This document shows positions 15,781 through 24,274 of a stretch of DNA of 30,460 nt, in pieces. The notes under the pieces are model-generated. The model did no database searches. It saw nothing but the letters and a program-made list of their open reading frames with translations, and was not told the origin of the DNA. Origin of the DNA: Olsenella sp. Lineage in GTDB: Bacteria; Actinomycetota; Coriobacteriia; Coriobacteriales; Atopobiaceae. The position numbers and the translations under genes are program-made. Where the stretch lies: positions 1 to 30,460 of the forward strand of contig SUUD01000001.1 of assembly GCA_015062715.1 (NCBI GenBank), written 5' to 3'. The stretch's first letter is position 1. Every line of letters begins with the position of its first letter.

Positions 15781-16632
15781 CTATATGGCGATGGGGATGT
15801 CCCTGATCTGCTCGCCCGTCTGGTAGTCCTCGACGATGAGGTCGTCGGTGGTGAAGGCGTAGAAGTCGGTGACGTCGGGGTTGAGGCTCACCTTGGGCGC
15901 GGGATGGGGCGTGCGGGAGATGAGCTCCTCCACGATGGGCACGTGGCGGTCGTAGATGTGGGCGTCGACGATCATGTGGACGAGTTCGCCGGCGACCATG
16001 CCGCTTGCCTGCGCGACCATCATGAGCAGGATCGCGTACTGGCAGACGTTCCAGTTGTTGGCGGCGAGCACGTCCTGGCTGCGCTGGTTGAGCACCATGT
16101 TGAGCGTGAGCCTTCCGTCCTCGCGACGGTCGTCGGTCACGTTGTAGGTGACGGAGTAGGCGCAGGGGTACAGGTGCATCTCGGACAGGTCGGCGAAGGT
16201 GTACATGTTGGTGATGATGCGGCGGCTGAAGGGCGTCTCGCGCAGGTCCTTGAGGACGCGGTCCATCTGGTCGTAGTCGCCGTCCGCGTAGTGCGACACC
16301 TGGCCGATCTGGTAGCCGTAGGCCTTGCCGATGGAGCCGGTCTCGTCGGCCCACTCGTCCCAGATGTGGGGCTTGAGGTCGTGGATGTTGTTGGACTTTC
16401 GCTGGTAGATCCAGAGGATCTCGTCCATGCAGCTCTTGAGGCCGGTGCGGCGCAGCGTGAGCGCGGGGAACTCCTCGCGCAGGTCGTAGCGGTTGCACAC
16501 GCCAAACTTCTTGACGGTGTAGGCGGGCGTGCCGTCGGGCCAGACGGGGCGCACCTTCTGGCCCTCGGTGGTGGTGCCGTTGTCGATGATGTCTCGGCAC
16601 ATGCCGATGAAGAGGTCGTCTGCCCTGCTCAT
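15781..16632 (-). CDS. thyA: Thymidylate synthase
   Basis: IWDEW, IGKAYGYQ, SRRII, LYPC, QRSQD..NNWN..QY and HIYDRH. Confidence 0.96.
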   Translation of the reverse strand: MSRADDLFIGMCRDIIDNGTTTEGQKVRPVWPDGTPAYTVKKFGVCNRYDLREEFPALTLRRTGLKSCMDEILWIYQRKSNNIHDLKPHIWDEWADETGSIGKAYGYQIGQVSHYADGDYDQMDRVLKDLRETPFSRRIITNMYTFADLSEMHLYPCAYSVTYNVTDDRREDGRLTLNMVLNQRSQDVLAANNWNVCQYAILLMMVAQASGMVAGELVHMIVDAHIYDRHVPIVEELISRTPHPAPKVSLNPDVTDFYAFTTDDLIVEDYQTGEQIRDIPIAI

Positions 16633-16674
16633 GGATGCCTCCCTCGATGGTTGGTCGGTGCGTGCGGCACGGAA

Positions 16675-16980
16675 CTAGGCGTTGCCGTCCTCGCCGTCGA
16701 GCAGGTCCGAGAAGTCCGGCGAGACGGGGTCGTCGCCGACCTGCCCCTGGAACTCCTGGAACTCCTCGAGGTCGAGCTCGTCGCCGTACTCGACGTAGAG
16801 CTCGCTCAGGACCTCGCCAAAGATCGGACCCACGCGGCTGCCCACCTGCGAGAGCAGCAGGCAGAGCGCGACCGTGGCCACGGCGAAGATGACGTAGATG
16901 GCATTGCCCGACGTGTTCGTCGCGGCGTTCGTGGTGGCGCTTGCGCTCTCGACGGCCTTTGGCTGAATCTGTTCGCTCAT
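16675..16980 (-). CDS. Small single-TM hypothetical protein with acidic tail
   Basis: ATG at 16980 after GAGGAGG; hydrophobic segment AIYVIFAVATVALCLLL; high GC at third codon positions. Confidence 0.65.
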   Translation of the reverse strand: MSEQIQPKAVESASATTNAATNTSGNAIYVIFAVATVALCLLLSQVGSRVGPIFGEVLSELYVEYGDELDLEEFQEFQGQVGDDPVSPDFSDLLDGEDGNA

Positions 16981-17027
16981 GGCGTGCCTCCTCGGGGTCA
17001 CCCCCATGATACGACAACGCGACGACG

Positions 17028-17423
17028 TCAGAAGAACTCGTCCCAGTCGTGGGCCAGTCGGCGGAGCGGCACGTCGTCTGCCGGAAGCCAGTCGACGTCG
17101 CGCAGCTCGTCGCGGCCGAGCCAGCGCAGCTGCTTGTGCTCGGTCGGCCGGAGCGCGGACTCGTCATCCAGGTGGCAGAGGAACAGGTCCATCGTGAGGT
17201 GGAACTCGGGGTAGTCATGCTCGACCGTCCCGAAGGGGAGCATGGCGCCCAGCTCGACGCCGAGCTCCTCCATGAGCTCGCGCCGGCAGGCCTGCTCGGG
17301 GGTCTCTCCCGGCTCGACCTTGCCGCCGGGGAACTCCCATCCCACCATGCCATACCCGCGCTGGCAGGACAGGATCCTGCCCCCGTGCTCGATGATCGCC
17401 GCCGCAACGTGCTTGCTGTCCAT
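17028..17423 (-). CDS. NUDIX hydrolase, MutT/NudG-like
   Basis: WEFPGGKVEPGETPEQACRRELMEELG is an intact Nudix box; C-terminal EH...RW and WLPAD. Confidence 0.92.
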   Translation of the reverse strand: MDSKHVAAAIIEHGGRILSCQRGYGMVGWEFPGGKVEPGETPEQACRRELMEELGVELGAMLPFGTVEHDYPEFHLTMDLFLCHLDDESALRPTEHKQLRWLGRDELRDVDWLPADDVPLRRLAHDWDEFF

Positions 17424-17453
17424 GAAGCCCCCTAACGAGTCGCCCGGATCATT

Positions 17454-19622
17454 CTAGTCCGTCGTCGCCCCGGACGCGTCGGCGGGCTGCTCGTAGGCCG
17501 CCTGGGCGTCCGCGACCATCTCGGCGTTGCGCTCGCGCCCGGCCGCGTTGACGGCGGCCACGTCGTCGGGGTCGCCAAAGACGTGCCGGTAGTAGTCGGT
17601 GGTGAGCACGCCGTTGCAGTAGCTGATGCGGTTCGCCACCGTGGCGCTGGTGGCCTCGACGTAGCCCTCGGGCACCTCGGCGCCGTCGTTGGCCACGAAC
17701 TGCCCCGAGCCCGCGTAGTAGGTGCCCAGGTCGCTTCGCCAGTCGTACGAGAGGTCATAGACCAGCGGCGCGGCGTCGCTGAAGACGTCGCGGCCGGGCA
17801 GGAGGCGCGAGTCCCACGCGCAGCCGAAGAGGTTGGCCAGGGTGGGCAGGACGTCGAGCGAGAACGTGGGCGTGTCGACGACGATGGGGTCCTCGTCCTC
17901 GAGCGACCCGCTCCAGACGATCAGGCGGTTGTGGTCGCGCTCGAAGTAGGTGGTGACGTCGTAGCCGTAGAGCTCGGAGAGGTAGGGGAGGCTGCCCAGG
18001 GGGCCGTCGTTGTCGAGGCCGTAGGGGAAGTGGTCGGCGCTGATGACGATGACCGTGCGGTCGGCGATCCCCAGCTCCTCGAGCCGTCCCACGAGCCACT
18101 CCATGGCGCGGTCGAGCTCGACGTTGGCCGCGAGGTATCCCTTGACGCGGTCGGAGAAGGGCAGCCCCTCCACGGCCTCCCAGTTCTTCTGGGACATCAT
18201 GTTGTCCCAGGGGTCGTAGTTTGAGTGCCCCGAGACGCTCATGTAGTAGACGTTGAACGGGGCCTCGGTGCCATAGAGGTTGTCGAAGGTCCCCTGGACC
18301 ATCTCGAGGTCGGACTGGGGCCACTGCCAGGCGACCCACTGCTCCATGCCGTTGCCATAGCCCATGTAGCCGTTGCTGTAGCCCAGGTTGACGTGCGTCT
18401 TGTCGCGCCCGTAGTAGGTGTAGGTGTTGTTGTGGAAGGCCCAGCCGGCATAGCCCTCGCGGTTGAGCAGGTTGCCCATGGTGAGCCACATGTTGTGGTC
18501 GGCGCACATCTTGACCGAGCTGCCGCCCTGGGTGGCGAGCAGCCCGAAGAGGTTGGCGCACTCTCCGCCGGTGGTGCCGGCCGTGTCGAACTGGTAGTAG
18601 TCGGTGAACTGGATGCCCCTGTTGGCCAGCCGCCACAGGGTGGGCGTGGTGTCCTGGCGGATGGCCTCGGCGCTGAAGGCCTCGGCCGAGATGAAGACGA
18701 GGTTGTAGCCCCTGAAGCGGCCGGTCATCTCGTTCTGGGCGCTCGGCTCGAGCGACGCCACGTAGTGGTCGAGGTCGGCCCAGGTCCCGTCCGCCGACTC
18801 CGCGAGCGCCTCGAAGTCGATGTCCAGGGCGCTGGGGGCATAGGTGACCTCCGCGGGCTCCTCCTCGACCTCGAGGACGTCTCCCTTGATGAGCGTCAGG
18901 ACCGCCTCGTCCCGCTCGAAGGAGGTGTCCGCGGGGGAGAGGAGGCGTGAGGCGTCCTTTGCCATGGAGGTGGCCAGCCCAAAGTTGGGCACGGCCGTCT
19001 GGAAGCTGTACTGGTCGGTGTAGGCGTGCCAGATGCCCGCGAAGGGGAGGACGAGGCAGAGGGCGACGAGGTGGGCCACGACGGCCCCGCAGGCGAGGCG
19101 CGTGCGGTTGGGGACCTCCGGCTCGCTCGGATGCGACGCCACGAGCCAGAGGGCGACCGGCATCAGGAAGAGGGCGACGTGCACGAGCCCCGAGGGATTG
19201 ATGACGAGGTCGGCGATTTGTCCCATGAAGCTGCCGGCGGCGTCGCGGGCGCCAGACAGGACCGTCTTGGTGTCGTAGAAGACCTTGAACGCCCGCCACA
19301 CGAAGTACTCGACCCCAAAGCCTACGCCAAGCAGGGCGAGCACGCAGGCCGTGGCCGCATGACGGGCCCTCGGGGGGACAAGGCAGGCAGCGAGCTCAAG
19401 CAAGAAGCCGGCAGAGGCGGCGAAGGCGAGGATGATGGGCAGCTGGGGGAGGAAGCCCAAGGAGGTCGAGACCTTGAAGACGAGCTCGAGGAACACGAGC
19501 CCGACTAGCAGCGCGTGGCGGGACACGAGGTCGGCAAGAGACTCCCAGGGGTCACGCGGCATCCCCGCAGGGACGTCCTCGTCGAGAGGGGCGTCCTCCT
19601 TTGCGCTGGTCTCCTCGTCCAT
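17454..19622 (-). CDS. LTA synthase (LtaS)/sulfatase-family membrane enzyme
   Basis: About five N-terminal TM helices, then ISAEAF, GTTGGE (putative catalytic Thr), VSGHSNY, SADHFPY and DVLPTLANL. SD GGAGGTG before the ATG at 19622. Confidence 0.85.
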   Translation of the reverse strand: MDEETSAKEDAPLDEDVPAGMPRDPWESLADLVSRHALLVGLVFLELVFKVSTSLGFLPQLPIILAFAASAGFLLELAACLVPPRARHAATACVLALLGVGFGVEYFVWRAFKVFYDTKTVLSGARDAAGSFMGQIADLVINPSGLVHVALFLMPVALWLVASHPSEPEVPNRTRLACGAVVAHLVALCLVLPFAGIWHAYTDQYSFQTAVPNFGLATSMAKDASRLLSPADTSFERDEAVLTLIKGDVLEVEEEPAEVTYAPSALDIDFEALAESADGTWADLDHYVASLEPSAQNEMTGRFRGYNLVFISAEAFSAEAIRQDTTPTLWRLANRGIQFTDYYQFDTAGTTGGECANLFGLLATQGGSSVKMCADHNMWLTMGNLLNREGYAGWAFHNNTYTYYGRDKTHVNLGYSNGYMGYGNGMEQWVAWQWPQSDLEMVQGTFDNLYGTEAPFNVYYMSVSGHSNYDPWDNMMSQKNWEAVEGLPFSDRVKGYLAANVELDRAMEWLVGRLEELGIADRTVIVISADHFPYGLDNDGPLGSLPYLSELYGYDVTTYFERDHNRLIVWSGSLEDEDPIVVDTPTFSLDVLPTLANLFGCAWDSRLLPGRDVFSDAAPLVYDLSYDWRSDLGTYYAGSGQFVANDGAEVPEGYVEATSATVANRISYCNGVLTTDYYRHVFGDPDDVAAVNAAGRERNAEMVADAQAAYEQPADASGATTD

Positions 19623-19703
19623 TCTCACCTCCCGCCTCTGAGCCACAAGCGTCAAGGATAGCGCCGTCTGACCGATTGGTGCGGTTAAATCCCCGGGGGA
19701 CGG

Positions 19704-19727
19704 CGACAATACAGAAGTCTGAGTCGT
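19704..19727 (+). promoter_or_regulatory. Putative ECF-sigma promoter (copy 1)
   Basis: CGACAAT-N8-CTGAGT-CGT; same spacing as the copy at 20992-21015. Confidence 0.6.
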
Positions 19728-19731
19728 GTAG

Positions 19732-20232
19732 GTGGCAGGAGGTGCGCAGCTGGCCGCGACGCTCGACATAGAGCAGGTGTTCAGGAGGAACGCGCAGGCG
19801 GTGTATCGCGTGTGCTACTCGTTCCTGGGCTCCGCCGCCGACGCCGAGGACGCCACGCAGGCCACCTTCATGCGCCTGATCGACCACCCGCGCACCTTCG
19901 AGGATGACGGGCACGAGCGCGCCTGGCTCATCACCGTGGCCTCCAACCTGTGCCGCGACATCCTCAAGAGCGCGGCGCGCACCCGGACGGTCGCCATGCC
20001 CGAGGGTGTCGAGTACGTGGACGAGCGGGCCTCGGCCGACCAGGTCGACGAGACGGTCGAGGCGGTCATGCGGCTGCCCGAGAAGTACAAGGACGTGGTC
20101 TACCTGCACTACTACGAGGGCATGCCCACGGACGAGATCGCGCGGGTGGTGGGCTCGCCGCCCTCCACCGTGCGCAACCGATTGCGCGACGCACGCGCCT
20201 TGCTCAGGAAGATGTTGGAGGACGACGGGTGA
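19732..20232 (+). CDS. ECF-family RNA polymerase sigma factor
   Basis: Region 2 DAEDATQATF..L / WLITVASNLCRD and region 4 LPEKYKDVVYLHYYEGM..EIA..TVRNRL. Start uncertain: GTG 19732 or CTG 19750. Confidence 0.93.
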   Translation: MAGGAQLAATLDIEQVFRRNAQAVYRVCYSFLGSAADAEDATQATFMRLIDHPRTFEDDGHERAWLITVASNLCRDILKSAARTRTVAMPEGVEYVDERASADQVDETVEAVMRLPEKYKDVVYLHYYEGMPTDEIARVVGSPPSTVRNRLRDARALLRKMLEDDG

Positions 20233-20249
20233 CGAGAGGGGGAGAGACC

Positions 20250-20942
20250 ATGCAAGACAAGATGAGCGACCTGCCTGACGAGGCGTTTGACGGGCGCATC
20301 CACGACGCATACGAGTCCGTCTCCCTCTCTCCCGAGGCAGAGGGGCGCATCCTGGCCGCCCTGCTCGAGGCCCAGGCGTCTCGTGAGCAGGAGGCTCCCA
20401 GGCTCGCCGAGGTTCTGCCGGGGCCGGCAAGCCGCCGTCGCCCCCGCCTGGCCATCGCGCTTTCGGCCGCGGCCTGCCTGGCCCTCGCCTTTGTCGCGGG
20501 CCGCGCGGCCCTTGTTGGCGGCGCCAGGGACAGCGCCCTCTCGGCGACGCTGGCGACCGAGGAGGCTGCCGTGGCGGAGGACTACGACGAGAGCGCGGTT
20601 CCCGATCAGGCCGCCGAGACCACGGGAGAGGCCTTTGCTGCCGCCGAGGCCCTGGACAGCACCGAGGAATCGCTCGACTCCTCGGCGGTCGTCACGGGGG
20701 CGTATGTCGCCCTCGAGGATGGCACGACCTACGCCCTCGCAACCGAGGGTGGGGCCCTTGTCGAGGCCGGGCCCGAGGTCGTGGGCGAGCCCGTGGGGTC
20801 GGGCGAGGCCTTCTCGGCCGATGGGACCTTCCTGTGGGGCTGCGAGCTCTTTGCCCCTGCGGATGGGTCTGGCCTGGCGGGCTATCTGGTGGCCTGTCCG
20901 GACGGGACGAACCTCTGCTACCTGGTGGACCTCGCCAGCTGA
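20250..20942 (+). CDS. Putative single-TM anti-sigma factor
   Basis: Immediately downstream of the ECF gene; short cytoplasmic N-terminus, one TM helix (LAIALSAAACLALAFV) and an acidic C-terminal domain. Confidence 0.7.
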   Translation: MQDKMSDLPDEAFDGRIHDAYESVSLSPEAEGRILAALLEAQASREQEAPRLAEVLPGPASRRRPRLAIALSAAACLALAFVAGRAALVGGARDSALSATLATEEAAVAEDYDESAVPDQAAETTGEAFAAAEALDSTEESLDSSAVVTGAYVALEDGTTYALATEGGALVEAGPEVVGEPVGSGEAFSADGTFLWGCELFAPADGSGLAGYLVACPDGTNLCYLVDLAS

Positions 20943-20991
20943 CCCACGGGGCCTCCCGCCTACGGGCCGCCATCGTCTTTTCTTGCGTCCC

Positions 20992-21015
20992 CGACATTTC
21001 CGCGGGCTGGGTCGT
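20992..21015 (+). promoter_or_regulatory. Putative ECF-sigma promoter (copy 2)
   Basis: CGACATT-N8-CTGGGT-CGT, about 32 bp upstream of the vWA ATG. Confidence 0.6.
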
Positions 21016-21047
21016 TTCCCTTGTGACGGCACGAGGGAAGGAGACCC

Positions 21048-22679
21048 ATGAACGCGACAGACATCGTTCGCCCGGCAAGCGTTGCGCTGCTCTCGCTGGC
21101 GCTCGTTGCGTGCGGCACGCCGCTTGTCCCGCAAAGCGAAGCGCCCACGGAGGAGGTGGTCTACGTCACCGAGCCTGGTGAGGCGGATGCCCTGTACGCC
21201 GCAGAGGCTAGGGATGCCTACGTGGAAGACCCATGGGCCGAGGTCGAGCCCTTCAACACCGAGGAGTACGCGCACGTGGACGAGCGCGGCTTCGTGGTGG
21301 TGAGGGCCAACCCGCTCTCGACGGTCTCTGCCGACGTCGACACCGCATCCTTTGCCAACCTGCGCCGCATGCTGCGCGACGGGTGGGTCCTCGACGAGGT
21401 GCCGGCGGGCGCGGTCCGCATCGAGGAGCTGGTCAACTACCTCGACTACGACTATCCCGAGCCCGCGGCGGGCGAGCGCTTCTCGATGACGGCGGCCATG
21501 GGGGAGTGCCCCTGGAACCCCCAGACCAAGCTGCTGGTGCTGGGCTTTGCCACGGCCAGGGAGGATGTTGCGGCATCCCGGGGCTCGAACCTGGTCTTTC
21601 TCGTCGACGTGTCGGGGTCCATGGACGCGCCTGACAAGCTCGACCTGCTCAAGGAGTCCCTCGAGGTGCTCGTCGACCAGCTGGGTCCCGAGGACCGCGT
21701 CTCGGTCGTGACCTATGCCAGCGGCGAGGAGCTGGTGTGCGAGGGCGTCCCCGGCACCGAGGGGCGCCAGATCATGCGCGCGGTGCGTCGCCTGCGGGCA
21801 GACGGCAGCACCAACGGCGAGCGCGGGCTCGAGCTTGCCTACGAGGTGGCCGAGCGCAACTTCATAGAGGGCGGCGTCAACCGCATCGTCATGTGCTCCG
21901 ATGGCGACCTCAACGTGGGGATGACGAGCGAGAGCGACCTGTTCGACTACGTGAGCGCCAAGCGCGAGACGGGCGTCTACCTGTCGGTGCTGGGCTTTGG
22001 CTCGGGCAACTACAAGGACAACAAGATGGAGACCCTGGCCGACAACGGCAACGGCTCCTACCACTACATCGACTGCCTGGACGAGGCCGAGCGGGTCCTG
22101 GGCGAGCGCGTGCAGGCCAACCTGGTGCCCTTTGCTGACGACGTCAAGGTGCAGGTCGAGTTCAACCCGTCCCAGGTGCGCGGCTATCGCCTCCTGGGCT
22201 ACGAGAACCGCGAGATGGCCGACGAGGACTTCCGCAACGACGGCGCCGATGCGGGCGAGGTCGGTCCCAACACGCAGTTCACGGTCGCCTACGAGATCGT
22301 CACGACCGACTCGGGGATGGAGCTGCCCGAGGTCGGGCTGAGGTATGGGGGAGGGGCGGACGTCGGGGCGGACCCCTCGCCCGAGTGGCTCACGGCGAGC
22401 CTGCGCTACCGCGCCCTCGACGATGGCGACGTTCACGAGCAGCTGATGTGCGTCGATGCGGGCGACCTCGCGGACGACCCTGGCGACGACTGGCACCGTG
22501 CCGCGGCGGCGATCGAGCTGGGCCTCGTCCTGCGCGACTCCGCCTGGCGAGGAGACGCGAGCCTGGAGGGGGCACAGGACCAGCTGAGCCTTGACGGGCG
22601 CGACGACTGGTCGCATGACGCCCTCGCGGAGCTCCTCGAGCTGGCCGCGTGCCCTGCGGTTGTCTGTCCTGCCTGGTGA
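21048..22679 (+). CDS. von Willebrand factor A domain lipoprotein (YfbK-like)
   Basis: Lipobox LVA-C; STVSADVDTAS, VRIEELVNY, MIDAS DVSGS..T..SDGD, GFGSGNYKD and DDVKVQVEFNP..YRLLGYENR. Confidence 0.9.
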   Translation: MNATDIVRPASVALLSLALVACGTPLVPQSEAPTEEVVYVTEPGEADALYAAEARDAYVEDPWAEVEPFNTEEYAHVDERGFVVVRANPLSTVSADVDTASFANLRRMLRDGWVLDEVPAGAVRIEELVNYLDYDYPEPAAGERFSMTAAMGECPWNPQTKLLVLGFATAREDVAASRGSNLVFLVDVSGSMDAPDKLDLLKESLEVLVDQLGPEDRVSVVTYASGEELVCEGVPGTEGRQIMRAVRRLRADGSTNGERGLELAYEVAERNFIEGGVNRIVMCSDGDLNVGMTSESDLFDYVSAKRETGVYLSVLGFGSGNYKDNKMETLADNGNGSYHYIDCLDEAERVLGERVQANLVPFADDVKVQVEFNPSQVRGYRLLGYENREMADEDFRNDGADAGEVGPNTQFTVAYEIVTTDSGMELPEVGLRYGGGADVGADPSPEWLTASLRYRALDDGDVHEQLMCVDAGDLADDPGDDWHRAAAAIELGLVLRDSAWRGDASLEGAQDQLSLDGRDDWSHDALAELLELAACPAVVCPAW

Positions 22680-22695
22680 CGAGCCTCGTCGAGTG

Positions 22696-22789
22696 CGCCC
22701 CGCCCGTCCCGGCCAGGGCGATTCACGAGCGAAGCGAATGAACGAGCGAGGCGAGCGCTGAGCCCAGGCTGGGACAGGCGGGGGGGGCG
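22696..22789. repeat. Imperfect inverted repeat with GTCCC/GGGAC arms and central GAGCGAAGCGA
   Basis: Left arm CGCCCCGCCCGTCCCGGCC, right arm GGCTGGGACAGGCGGGG; central 11-mer also present at 11528-11538. Confidence 0.7.
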
Positions 22790-22851
22790 ACCCACGCGTA
22801 TCCGGCTCCCGCATCACACACCCCACACACGCGCTGTGCTACCATACCCGT

Positions 22852-23117
22852 TTAGGCGATGACGGAGAGGTTCCGGGCTCGCGTGACCGGTGGACAGAGA
22901 GGGCACCCCAGGCTGAGAGGCGCCCACGCCAGTCGAGCGCGGGAGTTCACTCCACCAGCCGCGACCTGAACGGGCCCGCCCCCAGTAGGGAAGCCGTACG
23001 CCCCACGGAACGGGGCTCAACGAGTGGACGCTCGCGAGAGAAAACGCGCACGTCAATCAAGGTGGTACCGCGGAGATGATCCGTCCTTGGGCACACAGGC
23101 ACAGGGACGGCTTTTTT
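22852..23117 (+). promoter_or_regulatory. T-box riboswitch (Phe), transcriptional type
   Basis: 5' GCGATGA, AG box AGAGAG (22896), distal GCTGAGA (22912), specifier TTC (22946-22948), stem II GAA/AGTA, T-box AAGGTGGTACCGCGG (23059-23073), and terminator CCGTCC..GGGACGG plus TTTTTT. Extended -10 TGcTACCAT at 22837-22845. Confidence 0.93.
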
Positions 23118-23167
23118 GTCCCGAAAGACGATGCGGCCACGCGCCGCGCAGGGAAGGGGTTCGCAAG

Positions 23168-24235
23168 ATGTCACTGACCGACGACCTCAGGCTCATCGGC
23201 GAGCAGGCGCAGGAGATGATCGCCGGCGTCGCCTCGCTCGAGGAGCTCGACGCCATCCGCGTCGCCGTCATGGGTAAGAAGGGCTCGCTCACGGCGGCCA
23301 TGAAGGGCATGGGCAAGCTCGCCCCCGAGGAGCGCCCGCAGGTGGGCAAGCTCGCCAACGAGGTCCGCGCCCGCGTCGAGGCAGAGCTCGAGGCCCGCAA
23401 GGCCGAGCTCTCCGCCATCGCCATGCAGGCGCGCTTTGCCAAGGACGCCGTCGACGTCACCCTGCCGGGCAGGGGCCTCTCGCTGGGCACCCAGCACCTC
23501 ATCTCGCAGATCCGCGAGGAGATCGAGGACATCTTCTGCGGCCTGGGCTACATCGTGGCCGACGGCCCCTACGTCGAGACCACCTGGTACAACTTCACGG
23601 CCCTCAACGCCCCGGCCGACCACCCCAGCCGCAGCGCGCGCGACTCGTTCTACGTGGTCGACAACGCCCCCGAGGGCAAGGAGCCGCTGGTCCTGGGCGA
23701 CTCCGACGTCCTTCTGCGCACCCAGACCTCGGGCATGCAGGTCCACTTCATGGAGCAGAACAAGCCGCCCATCTACATGATCTGCCCGGGCACGGTCTTC
23801 CGCCCCGACACGGCCGACGCCAACCACCTCCCGCAGTTCAACCAGGTGGAGGGCCTCGTCGTCGACGAGGGCATCACCTTCGGCGACCTCAAGGGCACCC
23901 TCGACTACTTCACGCGCGAGATCTTCGGCAAGGACCGCGCCACCCGCTACCGCCCGCACTTCTTCCCGTTCACCGAGCCCAGCTGCGAGGTCGACGTGTC
24001 GTGCGGCGTCTGCGGGGGCAAGGGCTGCCGCTTCTGCAAGAACACCGGCTGGCTCGAGATTCTGGGCTGCGGCATGGTCGACCCCAACGTCCTCGAGAAC
24101 TGCGGCATCGACTCCGAGCGCTACACCGGCTTTGCCTTCGGCATTGGCGTCGAGCGTGTCGCGGCGCTTCGCTACGACCTTCCCGACCTGCGCATGCTCA
24201 TGGACGGCGACATGCGCTTCCTGCGCCAGTTCTAG
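23168..24235 (+). CDS. pheS: Phenylalanine--tRNA ligase alpha subunit
   Basis: DVTLPG, NFTALN.P.DHP, LLRTQTS, FNQVEGL, FFPFTEPS and GFAFGIGVER. Confidence 0.97.
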   Translation: MSLTDDLRLIGEQAQEMIAGVASLEELDAIRVAVMGKKGSLTAAMKGMGKLAPEERPQVGKLANEVRARVEAELEARKAELSAIAMQARFAKDAVDVTLPGRGLSLGTQHLISQIREEIEDIFCGLGYIVADGPYVETTWYNFTALNAPADHPSRSARDSFYVVDNAPEGKEPLVLGDSDVLLRTQTSGMQVHFMEQNKPPIYMICPGTVFRPDTADANHLPQFNQVEGLVVDEGITFGDLKGTLDYFTREIFGKDRATRYRPHFFPFTEPSCEVDVSCGVCGGKGCRFCKNTGWLEILGCGMVDPNVLENCGIDSERYTGFAFGIGVERVAALRYDLPDLRMLMDGDMRFLRQF

Positions 24236-24274
24236 GCGACCCGACCAACTACCCCGTGCAGAAAGGCAAATAAG

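Noticed and set aside
17028-17423. NUDIX as dihydroneopterin-triphosphate pyrophosphatase (FolQ/NudB role) partnering FolE
   Set aside because: The sequence looks MutT/NudG-like; only loose neighbourhood supports a folate role.
22813-22830. CA-rich tract upstream of the pheS promoter as a phase-variable repeat
   Set aside because: Short and interrupted (CACACACCCCACACAC); no evidence of slippage.
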